A stretch of 63,978 nucleotides of DNA, the filler included. It is 8 parts of 8 records of this genome, joined end to end, with 100 filler letters (N's around TTAATTAATTAA, not from the genome) between each part and the next. Parts side by side here need not be neighbours in the genome. Positions count along the whole stretch, not along the records: positions 20,434 to 30,023 come from SRR31147125_15774; positions 30,124 to 36,848 come from SRR31147125_15775; 6 more parts are not named here. One strand, written 5' to 3'. Positions 20,455 through 31,061 of the stretch are shown here, piece after piece. A model generated the notes under the pieces. It saw only the letters and a list, made by a program, of their open reading frames with translations, was not told the origin of the DNA and did no database searches. How positions within the stretch are numbered: the first letter of the stretch is position 1; every line of letters starts with the position of its first letter. The position numbers were made by a program, and so were the translations under genes.

Positions 20455-23432
20455 ATGTTCAAAACCTTCATTGCAGCCCTGGCATTTTTATTATGCCTGC
20501 CTGTCCAGTCCGCCTGGGCAGTTGGGGCCAACTTTGCCGTTATTGCCGACCCCCATTTTTATGATACAGATCTGGGGTCCTCGGGAGAGGCCTTTGAGGC
20601 CTATCTTGAATCGGATAGAAAAATGCTGCTGGAGTCAGAGGCCATTTTAAACTCCGCTGTCACCACAATCAAAGCCAAAGGCCCGGATTTTCTCATCGTG
20701 GCAGGGGATTTAACCAAGGACGGGGCCCTGTCCAGCCATGAAAAATTCGCCCAATACCTTGCCGACCTGGAGGCTGACGGAATCCAGGTCTTTGTCGTCC
20801 CGGGAAACCATGACATCAACAACCCCCATGCCTATTCCTATGAGGGTGACACCACCACCGCAGTGGACCATGTGTCTGCCCAGGAATTTGAAATTCTTTA
20901 CGCGGATTACGGATACAGCCAGGCCATTTACCGGGATGACAACTCCCTGAGCTATGTTGCCGAGCCCGTGGAAGGCCTGTGGCTCTTTTCCATTGATTCG
21001 TGCAAATACGATGACAATATAGAAAATGGATATCCTGAAACCTCTGGGGCCATTGAGGACGACACCATGGCATGGATCCTGGAAAAAATGGCAGAGGCCC
21101 GGGCAAATGGCAAACAGGTCATAGGCGTCATGCACCATGGCGTTACCGAACATTATTCCAACCAGTCTGCCTTTTTCAGCCAATACCTGGTGGATGATTG
21201 GGAAGAGGTCTCCACCACTCTGGCCGGTGCAGGCATGCAATTTGTCTTTACCGGCCATTACCACGCCAACGATGTCGCCCAAAGCACCCCGGACAACCAG
21301 GGCCCCTCACTGTTTGATATTGAAACCGGTTCTTTGGTAACCTATCCGTCGCCCTTCAGGTTTATAACCATCATGGACGACAAGGCCGCCGTCCACACCG
21401 AGTACGTCACCGACATTGACTATGATACCGGAGATCTGTCCTTTACCGAGTATGCCTCAGACTTTCTCTACCAGGGGATTCTGACCATTGCAGAATCCCT
21501 GCTGGTCTCCACCTTCGGCACCACCGAAGAGACAGCAGCCTATGTAGCCCCCCTGGCAGCCGATGCCTTTTTCGCCCATTATTCAGGGGATGAAACTCCT
21601 GATGATGAGACCCTGGCCACCATTGAATCCCTGCAAAGCAGCTCCGATTACACCTATCAGCTGATAGGGATGATGCTTGACGCCCTGTGGACAGACCTGC
21701 CCACCGCCGATAACAGCGTCTTCCTTGACGCAAGTTCCCCCATCACGCTTTTGGTGGCCGGCACCTATGACTCTTCTGCTCCCATGGATGAGGGCGGTGC
21801 AGAGATTCTCACCTTTGATCCTGATACCCAAAGGCTGTTTGTCTCCAATGCCTATGCCAATACCGTGGAAGTACTGGATGCCTCCACCCCGTCTGAGCCT
21901 GGCCTTATATTCTCCATTGACCTGTCCCCATACGGGGCCGGGGTCAACAGCGTGGCCGTGGACAACGGCATTCTTGCCGTGGCTGTTGAGGCAGACCCCA
22001 AACAGGATCCGGGCAGCATCCTTTTCTTTGACGCCCAGGGCAACTATATCAACCAGGTTGCAGCAGGTGCCCTGCCGGACATGGTCACCTTTACCCCGGA
22101 CGGCACCAGGGTGCTGTGCGCCAACGAGGGCGAGCCCAGTGAGGATTATGCCACTGACCCCCAAGGCTCAATCACCATCGTTGACCTGAGCGCCGGAGCG
22201 GCAGCGGCAACCGCCGTCACCGTAGACTTCACAGCCTTTGACGAGCTGGAAGACAGCCTTAAGGAGGAGGGGGTCAGAATCTTTGGCCCGGATGCCACGG
22301 TGTCCAAAGACCTGGAGCCCGAATATATTGCGGTTTCCGAAGATGGGACCACCGCCTGGATCACCTGCCAGGAAAACAATGCCATGGCGGTTCTTGACAT
22401 TGACAACGCCGTTGTCACCGATATTCTGCCCCTGACCTACAAGGACCACAGCCAGGACGCCAACGGCCTTGACCCCAGTAATAAAGACGATGCCGTAACC
22501 ATTGAAACCTTTGACAATCTTTTGGGCATGATCCAGCCCGATGCTGTGGCTGCATTCCAGGTAGAGGGCATCACCTACCTGATCACCGCCAATGAGGGCG
22601 ATGCCAGGGAGTATGAGGAATTTGAAGAAGCAGCCAAGGTATCGGAGCTCACCCTGGACCCAGCCTCTTTTCCCGCCGCCGCCACCCTTCAGGAAAATGA
22701 CTCCCTTGGCAAGCTTAAGGTCACCACCACTTTGGGGGATACCGATGATGACGGGGACTATGACGCGCTTTACACCTTTGGGGGCCGTTCCTTTTCCATT
22801 TTCATGGTAACCCAGGAGGGCCTGGCGCTTGTCTTTGACAGCGGGGACCAGCTCGAACAGATCACAGCGGCCATGTTGCCGGACAATTTCAATAGTGACA
22901 ACGATGACAATGATTCCTTTGACAGCCGCAGTGACAACAAGGGCCTGAACCTGAAGGTCTGGCCCTGGGCACCATCGGCGACGCAATCTATGCCTTTATC
23001 GGGCTGGAACGCATCGGTGGCATTATGGTCTACGACATCACAGATCCTTTGGCACCGGAATTTGTCCAATACATCAACAACCGGGATTTCTCAGTGGATG
23101 CCGATGATCAGAGTGCAGGGGACCTTGCCCCAGAAGGCCTGGTATTCATACCGGCCCAGGACAGCCCCAACAGCAGCGACCTTCTGGGGGTTGCCAACGA
23201 GGTCAGCGGCACCACCACCTTGTATACCATTGAATCAGACCAGGCTTTTGAAGGCGACATAGACGGAGACTCGGATGTGGACCTAGAGGACATTTCATTG
23301 CTTCGCATCCACCTGTCCCAGCCCGCCGACACTTTCCCCGATGCAGACTTTAACGGGGACGGCACCATTAACGCCAGTGACCTGAGAACCATGATAACAA
23401 ATTGCACCTACTCACGGTGCGCCTCCAATTAA
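20455..23432 (+). CDS. Secreted metallophosphoesterase + choice-of-anchor I beta-propeller + dockerin-like domain (one apparent indel near 22944)
   Basis: DPH, GDLTKDG, PGNHD, MHH and GHYH calcineurin-like motifs; [24 protein letters not shown]. Adding one C restores RSDNKGPEPEG...[13 protein letters not shown]-terminal [13 protein letters not shown] and [12 protein letters not shown]a-binding loops. Confidence 0.85.
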
Positions 23433-23451
23433 CCCCAACCTTGGGGTTAAA

Positions 23452-23901
23452 TCAATACCTGCTTAAGGGACCGGGACATAGGGCCCGGTCCCTTAAGACG
23501 TCACCCCCCACAGGGACAGGCCATTTGTCTTTTGTCACCCGGATATCTTCGGTCCGGCAATTGATCAAAGGGGCAAGTCCTTTTCCGGAATAAATGAAAA
23601 CAGCCTGCCAGCGCATTAAATAAATGCTGCCCTGAAGACTTATCTGCCGATGTTCAAACCGGATCACAGCCTGCCTTTCTTTTCTGAATGACTGCCTCCG
23701 GAACAGGGCTTTTTTTGTCCTTTCCACATCTTCGGGGTGGACAAATGAGAAAAATGACATTCCCTGCATTGCCTTATTTTTAACGCCGAAAAAAATCTCC
23801 GCCAATTCATCGGTGTAAAGGATCTCACCGTGTCTGTCCAACTGAATGGCAATGCGCGGAGCAGTATCATCACGCTGTAAACCCTGATCCATAAATGCCA
23901 T
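23452..23901 (-). CDS. Stand-alone PAS domain protein
   Basis: LDRHGEILY...IFFG...FVHPEDVE...FEHR PAS signature; the 3' end runs into the terminator and is uncertain. Confidence 0.7.
   Translation of the reverse strand: MAFMDQGLQRDDTAPRIAIQLDRHGEILYTDELAEIFFGVKNKAMQGMSFFSFVHPEDVERTKKALFRRQSFRKERQAVIRFEHRQISLQGSIYLMRWQAVFIYSGKGLAPLINCRTEDIRVTKDKWPVPVGGDVLRDRALCPGPLSRY
23462..23497. terminator. Strong hairpin between convergent genes
   Basis: CTTAAGGGACCGGG / CCCGGTCCCTTAAG perfect 14-bp inverted repeat. Confidence 0.65.
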
Positions 23902-24080
23902 AACATATCCTTTTTACATGTAAATTTGAGATATACCTATTATTTTTTCCATGGGGCCATACTGACAAATTATTATGTGGAAACTAAAGCCGAAACATGT
24001 GCAAATATCGTGGATTGGAATACTGGAAAATTTAATCGGTTTCACCTGGACATTCCTGGAATTTTCCACTAAGACTTACC

Positions 24081-24120
24081 AACAACAATAATAAACAATA
24101 ATAAACGATAATAAACATAA
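24081..24120 (+). repeat. About 4 copies of a 10-bp A-rich tandem repeat in the glpK leader
   Basis: AACAACAATA ATAAACAATA ATAAACGATA ATAAACATAA immediately before the RBS. Confidence 0.7.
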
Positions 24121-24136
24121 AAAGGGAGAAACAACT

Positions 24137-25660
24137 ATGGGAACCTACCTTGGGGCACTGGACCAGGGAACCACCAGCACCCGGTTTATCATATTTGACA
24201 AAAACGGAGATATAAAAGCCTTAAGTCAAATGGAACATGACCAGATTCTACCCCAGCCCGGTTGGGTGGAGCATGATGGGATGCAGATCTGGACCAATGC
24301 CTGTACCGTTATCAAAGGCGCACTGGACAAGGCCGGCATCACGGGCAAGGATCTGGCGGCAGTGGGCATTACCAATCAGAGGGAAACCGTGGTTGCCTGG
24401 GATAAAACCACGGGCAAGCCCCTTTATAACGCCATTGTCTGGCAATGCGCCCGGACGGACAAGCTATGCAGAGAAATAGACGCTGTCCATGGAAAGGACA
24501 GTTTCCGCTCCATTACCGGTCTTCCCACGGCCACCTATTTCAGCGGGCCGAAAATCAAATGGATGATTGATAAGGTCCCGGCGGTTAAAGCGGCAGTGGA
24601 TGCCGGTACCGCCTGTTTTGGTACCATGGATACTTGGATGATATGGAACCTGACCGGGGGACCGGAAAACGGGCGGTATGTCACGGATGTAACCAATGCC
24701 AGCCGGACCCTGCTCATGGATTTGAAAACCCTGGCCTGGGATCTGTCCATTCTGGAAAGCCTGGGCATCCCGGAAGACTGCCTGCCCCAAATTGTCCCCT
24801 CTTCCCATGCCACAGCATTCGGCACCACCCTGGCCAACGGCCCTTTGGGGGCAGAAGTCACCATCGGCGGGGCCCTGGGTGATCAGCAGGCCGCCTTGTT
24901 CGGCCAGACCTGCTTTTCCCCGGGAGAGGCGAAAAACACCTACGGCACCGGTTGTTTTCTCCTGTTTAACACGGGCAGTGAGATCCGGTTTTCCAGCCAC
25001 GGCCTGCTCACCACCCTGGGATACCAGATCGGGGATGCGGATCCGGTTTACGCCCTTGAAGGATCCATTGCCTATGCCGGTGCCCTGATTCAGTGGGTCC
25101 GGGACAACCTGGGCCTGATCAACACGGCACCGGAAATTGAAGACCTGGCCAAAACAGTGGAAGATAACGGGGATGTCTATTGCGTGCCTGCCTTTTCAGG
25201 ACTTTTTGCTCCCTATTGGCGCTCCGATGCCAGGGGGGTTATCACCGGGCTCACCCAGTTTGCCAACAGAGGCCATATTGCCCGGGCGGTGATGGAGGCC
25301 TCGGCCTATCAGACCAAAGATATTGCCCAGGCCATTCTCCAGGATCTGGGAGATGAGCTGAATCTTAAATCCTTAAAGGTGGATGGCGGGATGGTGGCAA
25401 ACACCACTCTGATGCAATTTCAGGCAGACCTGCTTAACGTGGCAGTGGTCCGTCCCATGGTCACCGAAACCACGGCGCTTGGGGCGGCCTATGCTGCCGG
25501 CCTGGCCGTGGGATTCTGGCCGGACACCCATGCCCTCAAGGAAAACTGGCATGTTCATTCCACCTGGGAGCCGGCCATGGACGAAACCCGGCGCAACACC
25601 TTTTATAAAGGGTGGAAAAAAGCGGTGGACCGTACCTATGGCTGGGTGGACCAGGATTGA
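24137..25660 (+). CDS. glpK: Glycerol kinase
   Basis: LDQGTTSTR, GITNQRET, YFSGPK, TDVTNASRT, GDQQAALFGQ, AKNTYGTGCF, KVDGG. Confidence 0.98.
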   Translation: MGTYLGALDQGTTSTRFIIFDKNGDIKALSQMEHDQILPQPGWVEHDGMQIWTNACTVIKGALDKAGITGKDLAAVGITNQRETVVAWDKTTGKPLYNAIVWQCARTDKLCREIDAVHGKDSFRSITGLPTATYFSGPKIKWMIDKVPAVKAAVDAGTACFGTMDTWMIWNLTGGPENGRYVTDVTNASRTLLMDLKTLAWDLSILESLGIPEDCLPQIVPSSHATAFGTTLANGPLGAEVTIGGALGDQQAALFGQTCFSPGEAKNTYGTGCFLLFNTGSEIRFSSHGLLTTLGYQIGDADPVYALEGSIAYAGALIQWVRDNLGLINTAPEIEDLAKTVEDNGDVYCVPAFSGLFAPYWRSDARGVITGLTQFANRGHIARAVMEASAYQTKDIAQAILQDLGDELNLKSLKVDGGMVANTTLMQFQADLLNVAVVRPMVTETTALGAAYAAGLAVGFWPDTHALKENWHVHSTWEPAMDETRRNTFYKGWKKAVDRTYGWVDQD

Positions 25661-25745
25661 TGGCCTCATCTACGAAGATTTTTATATACCCTTCGGTTGG
25701 ACTTTTTACGGTTTCATCAGGAGTAAGGCCCACGGATATTTTGGA

Positions 25746-26570
25746 TTAGCCCAATAGGTTGCCCAGACCCTCCTTTTGCATTTCATTGGCCTGGGACAGG
25801 GCAAAGAGGCCGGCTGTTTCCAAATTCTTCATCTGGCTGAGGACCATGGACTCTTCAGCCAGATCCACATCCATGATTGCAGATTCGGCAGCCAATGTGT
25901 TGACCATGGTGGTGGACAGGTTGCTGATGCTTGAGGAAAACTGATTCTGGGTGGAACCGACCTGGGACCGGGCCTGGTTCAGCTGTGACAGGGCCTGGTC
26001 CACGGTATCAAGGGCGATTTGGGCCCCGTCTGCCGTGGTCACATCGATCTGGGCCAGGCTCATCTCACTGGTGCCAAGGGTGGTGCTGTCCGCCGCTGGT
26101 ATGGACAGGTTGACCACGCTGTTTTCCCCCAGGGTGAACTGCTTGCCGGAAAAACTGCCGTCCAGAAGCGTCTGACCGTTATAGGTTGTGGATCCGGCCA
26201 CATCATCCAGGGCGGCAAGGGATCCTGAAATATCATCCTGGATGGCCGAGAGGCTCTCCTGGGACTGGGTGCCGTTCGCCGCAGCCACCACATTGGTCCT
26301 GACGGACTGGAGAATCTCGCTCATCTCACCCAGGGCACCGTCGGCAATCTGGGCAATGGAGACACCGTCGTTGGCATTGGCAATCTCCTGCCCCATGGCC
26401 AGGGCGCTGGATCGAAGGGAAGAGGCAATGGTCATGCCCGAGGCATCGTCCGAAGCACTGTTAATTTTCTTTCCCGTACTGATCCGCTCCAAAGAGCTTG
26501 TCAGGCCGTCATAGGCATCTTCAACGGCCAGTGCCGCCTTCTGAGCCATTGTATTTGAATTTATTATCAT
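25746..26570 (-). CDS. Short flagellin-family protein (274 aa)
   Basis: ERISTGKKINSASDDASG, ANDGVSIAQIADGAL, RSQVGSTQN, IMDVDLAEE; almost no hypervariable region. Confidence 0.9.
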   Translation of the reverse strand: MIINSNTMAQKAALAVEDAYDGLTSSLERISTGKKINSASDDASGMTIASSLRSSALAMGQEIANANDGVSIAQIADGALGEMSEILQSVRTNVVAAANGTQSQESLSAIQDDISGSLAALDDVAGSTTYNGQTLLDGSFSGKQFTLGENSVVNLSIPAADSTTLGTSEMSLAQIDVTTADGAQIALDTVDQALSQLNQARSQVGSTQNQFSSSISNLSTTMVNTLAAESAIMDVDLAEESMVLSQMKNLETAGLFALSQANEMQKEGLGNLLG

Positions 26571-26611
26571 GGGGCTGCCCTCCTTTTTATTACGCTAACT
26601 ATCCGAAATTA

Positions 26612-26640
26612 ATACTACCACACCCGGTCCCTGGGTTCAA
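26612..26640 (-). promoter_or_regulatory. Putative sigma-70 promoter of the flagellin-like gene
   Basis: Minus strand TTGAAC-N17-TAGTAT with extended TG; AAGGAGG RBS downstream. Confidence 0.45.
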
Positions 26641-26842
26641 AACCTAAAAAAAATACATCGTTGGTATGAAAAATACGGGAAGGGATAAATCCCAAGAGAA
26701 AAAAGACCTGACACATTGTCTCACCCCATGCCAAGATCCTTCTGACATCCCTTTTCTCATTGCTTTTCAGAGTTTTAGCCGCTAATATAATCTGAACCAT
26801 GGTATTAGTAACGGGAACCCGAATATCTTAAGGCTGAGACCC

Positions 26843-27643
26843 ATGAGCCCTGATCAGGAAAAAACCGAGCAGGCCCCGCTTTCCCAGGCCGCCCAGCCCC
26901 ATCAGCACAGGGTGCTGGTGGTTGATGATGATGCCCCCACAGGCAAGGCCATCGGACGGCTTCTTGAACGCGAAGGTCTGATCTATACCCTTGTTGACAA
27001 CGGAGAGAAAGGCATCAAGGCCTTGGAAAATACCCAAGCCCCCTTTTCTTTAATCCTCTCGGACCAATGTATGCCCGGTATGCTGGGCACAGAATTTCTA
27101 TCCCGGGCCAAGGAACTGGCTCCGGACAGCATCCGGTATCTGGTCACCGGATATTCCGAAATGGAAACCATCATCAATGCCGTAAACAAGGGGGCGGTCC
27201 AGCATTATATTTCAAAGCCCTGGGACCGGGAAGATCTGCGCCGAATCATAAAGGATGGCATTGCCCTGTTTGAAAAGCACCTGGACAGCGATAAACTCTT
27301 TGTCCTGGCCAAGAAACAGAATTCAAAGCTTTACGAACTTAACTGTGAGTTAATGGCCCATGCAAAAAAACTGGAGGTCCAGTACAAGACATTGGATCAG
27401 GAGATTGAGGCGCTGAAAAAAAAGTTGAACAACGGCCCGGACACCAAGGACACAGATCCCGCCCAGGTGATCGAGGCGCTGAGTGCCTGGCTGGGGCAGG
27501 CGGGCAACCCAGAGCAATATACAACCTTAAAACGCCAAACCATCTTAGCCCTATACGACGCCTTTACGGACCTTTCCCTGAGAAACGGCATAGAAATGCC
27601 TGGGGTTACTCTGGGGTCTCAATTGTCAGGAAAAAATCAATGA
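26843..27643 (+). CDS. Response regulator (REC + coiled coil)
   Basis: VLVVDDD, LILSDQCMPGM, VTGY, ISKPW. Confidence 0.9.
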   Translation: MSPDQEKTEQAPLSQAAQPHQHRVLVVDDDAPTGKAIGRLLEREGLIYTLVDNGEKGIKALENTQAPFSLILSDQCMPGMLGTEFLSRAKELAPDSIRYLVTGYSEMETIINAVNKGAVQHYISKPWDREDLRRIIKDGIALFEKHLDSDKLFVLAKKQNSKLYELNCELMAHAKKLEVQYKTLDQEIEALKKKLNNGPDTKDTDPAQVIEALSAWLGQAGNPEQYTTLKRQTILALYDAFTDLSLRNGIEMPGVTLGSQLSGKNQ

Positions 27644-30023
27644 CCACACAATCCCGTCCCAGAATCCTTTTACTTGAAGCAGACCAGGCTTTGGCAAACA
27701 GGGCCACGGAAATCTTGGAAGACCGGGGATGGGAAATTATCCGGCAAAGTGTCTCCAAGGAGGCCCTAATGCTCCTGGAAAAGGCCAAACCAGACCCCTT
27801 TGCCCTGTTTATCTCAAGTTATCAGCTGCCTAAAATGGCCGGGGATGATGTACTCAAAGAGGCCAAGGCCATCTCTCCGTTAACCCAGCGCATGCTTTTG
27901 GTCCCCTCCAACCAGTCTGAACTGGCCATCCGGGCCATTAACAAAGCCGATATCCACGCCTGCCTGGTAACACCCTCCTCTGCCCAGGATCTTATCAGCC
28001 ACGTCAACGCCCGACTGGACGCTTTCCAGGAAAATCAAAAAATCCAGCGATTCAAACGGGTAACCACACATCAAAACAAACAGATGTTCCAGATTGCCCA
28101 GCGACTCAGGAAAAAGGACAAGATTTTCCAGGACAAAATCAGCGAAAAAAAGGCACAAATCCTATTGCTGAGATCCAGGATCAAGGCTGCAGAACCGGGT
28201 CAGGAACCGGACAGCTTGGCCCGGCGGATCCAGTCCCATGAGATTCCCATTACCCCCCAGGCCTTTAAAAATGAATTTTTGAGCCTCACAGACTATATGC
28301 TGGCCCTGTTTGACAGTGGGGCTGCCAAAGGAGGGCTGGACCGGGACGGTGCCCCCGAAATGACCCTGACCGATCCTGGGCCGGACCAGGAACACCCCGA
28401 CCTGTCCGATGATATAAGCCGGATCATGGATAAGGTCATCAAGGCGGCCCTTGCCTCCCCGGCAGACGGGCTGGCCGCGGCAAAGGAGCTGCTGTCCTGC
28501 ACGGAAGACGATCCGCTGGAATGCGGGATACAGATCGCCATATCCGAGGACCGGACCCAGGCCTATACCCGTTTCGCAGACCCGAGCCATATGGTAACCC
28601 TTAATGAGTTTCTGGACCTGCTCAGGCACAAAGAGATCAGCTTCGGCATCCAGGAGGATGAGGCATTGGAGGCCTGGCTCAAGGCACCGGGGGACCAGCC
28701 GTTCTGCGTGGCCCAGGGGGTTGAACCCCTCCAGGGGAAAGACGGATCCGTCACCTATAACTTTGAAACCGACTATACCAACCCGGGTAAAATCAAAGAA
28801 GACGGCCGCATCGACTTCAGGGACAGGGGAAGCATTCCCTTTGTCAACAAGGGGGAAATCCTGGCAGCCAAAGAGATGCCCCAACAGGGCAAAAACGGCA
28901 TGAGTGTCACAGGGGAGACCATCATGGTTGAAGACCCCGAGGATCCGGTCTTCATAGCCGGAGCCGGGGCCCGGCTATCCGAAGACGGCGTTACCATCAT
29001 CGCCGACCTGGACGGCCAGCCCCACCTGGACCACCTGGGAGAAATATCTGTCAACCCGGAGCTGCCCATCAAAGGGGATGTGGATTACCAGACCGGAAAC
29101 ATCAATTTTAAGGGGCATGTGTTTGTGAATGGGACGGTGAAAGAGGGATTCACCGTCAAAGCATTCAGCCTGACGGCCACAGAGGTGGAAGGGGCCACAA
29201 TTGACCTGACAGGGGATCTTCACGTCTCGGACGGCATCACAGATGCAAATATTGTGTCCAGCGGAAACATCTATGCCAAGTTTATCAACAACTCCAAAGT
29301 CAAAGCCTTTGGAGACATCTGCATTCAAAAAGAGATCATTGATTCCTCCGCGATTCTCTCCGGACAATGCCAAAACAGCTCCGGGGTTATCATTGCGTCC
29401 AAAATATCTGCCAAGGGCGGCATTGAAGCCGGCGGTGTCGGCACCAATGCGTCCAAACCCGCCCTTTTAAAAGTTGGCATCAACGAACACCTGGATCTGC
29501 TCACGGACAAACTGGAGGCCAGGCTGAAAACCTCGGTGGACAAATTGACCGAAACCCGGAATAAAATCCGCGAGGTGGAAGACCAGGACCAGAATTTATA
29601 CGGCCAGATTACGGAAAAGGCCCAGATCCAGGAGGCCGCCCAGAACAAACTCAAAGTATTGAAGCAGGAAATCGCAGAGAAGAAAAAACAAGGAGATGCA
29701 AAGGCACTGCCGGACCTGGCCGTCCAGTACAAAGCCCAGGAAAAGGCCACCAAAACCGCGGAACAGGAACTCAACGAAATATTTGATATCCAGAACAGAT
29801 TTGCCAAACAGATCTCGGAGTTAAAAACCCAGGTGGACCACCTTGAGGAAACCAATAAAAATCTGGTCCTCAGAAAAAAAGGCCTGAAAGAATTTTCAGA
29901 AAAAACCCCATCCCTTCCCAGGGTCACTGTGGCCAAAAGCATTGCCCAGGATACCGTCATTACCGGCCCCAATGTCAGTTTTACCATGAAAGAAGATCGA
30001 AAACGCTGTCAGATCATGGAAAA
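27640..30023 (+). CDS. Degenerate REC + coiled coil + FapA/DUF342 protein (3' truncated)
   Basis: VAQGVEPLQGKDG, DGRIDFR, GDVDYQTGNINFKGHVFVNGTV DUF342 motifs; ATGA overlap with the upstream gene. Confidence 0.88.
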
Positions 30024-30123
30024 NNNNNNNNNNNNNNNNNNNNNNNNNNNNNNNNNNNNNNNNNNNNTTAATTAATTAANNNNNNNNNNNNNNNNNNNNN
30101 NNNNNNNNNNNNNNNNNNNNNNN
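30024..30123. other. Artificial contig linker
   Basis: N44-TTAATTAATTAA-N44. Confidence 0.98.
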
Positions 30124-30303
30124 GAGTAAATTTTATAAATCAAAGAAATCTGAATTTGACTTGGAATTTTTTTGCGTTATACGGCAGCTGTTGCTATAAT
30201 CATATGGCAGCTGGAAAAACCGCATATCAAAAAACGTATACTGCAATAAGTTTCTTGATTTATGATATTTTTCGGTAATGAACACGACACAGGAGGATTC
30301 ACA

Positions 30304-31032
30304 ATGAAAGTACTCGTTGCAGGAGCAACAGGAGCAACCGGGCGTCTGCTGGTTCAACAACTTCTTAATCGCGGGATAAGCGTTCGGGCAATCGCTCGTT
30401 CACCTGAAAAATTATCGTCGAATCTGAAAGGGGCTGAAAACCTGCAGATTATTACGGCCTCAATTTCGGAAATCGATGATTCAGACTTGCAAAAGTATAT
30501 TCAGGATTGTGATGCCATGGTCTCCTGTCTGGGACACAACCTCACTCTGCAGGGAATTTACGGAAAACCACGTCTGCTGGTCACCGATACAGTACGACGA
30601 TTGACCAGTGTCGCTGCAAAAACCAGTGGTGGACGCAAGATGAAATTCCTGCTGATGAACACCACCGCGAACAGCAATCGGGATATTACAGAACGGTTCA
30701 CATTTGCTGAACGACTGGTCATCTCATTACTCCGACTGCTGCTGCCGCCTCAGGTTGATAACGAAAAAGCTGCCGAACACCTGCGCACACAAATTGATCG
30801 ACACTCTTCACCCATTGAATGGGTGGCTGTTCGCCCAGACACCCTGATAAACGATTCCGAGGTCTCCACCTATACTGTTCATCCCTCCCCGCTCCGCAGT
30901 CCGATTTTCAATGCCGGACATACCAGCCGAATCAATGTCGGACACTTTATGGCCGAACTGATCACCGATGACGCGTTATGGGAAGAGTGGAAATGGCAGA
31001 TGCCGGTGCTGTACAATGTGGAGAAAAAGTAG
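30304..31032 (+). CDS. NAD(P)-binding oxidoreductase (atypical SDR, BVR-B-like)
   Basis: AGGAGG RBS; VAGATGATG Rossmann motif, WVAVRP, TSRINVGHFM. Confidence 0.88.
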   Translation: MKVLVAGATGATGRLLVQQLLNRGISVRAIARSPEKLSSNLKGAENLQIITASISEIDDSDLQKYIQDCDAMVSCLGHNLTLQGIYGKPRLLVTDTVRRLTSVAAKTSGGRKMKFLLMNTTANSNRDITERFTFAERLVISLLRLLLPPQVDNEKAAEHLRTQIDRHSSPIEWVAVRPDTLINDSEVSTYTVHPSPLRSPIFNAGHTSRINVGHFMAELITDDALWEEWKWQMPVLYNVEKK

Positions 31033-31061
31033 AAATTTCAGACATTTATATCCATAGTGCT

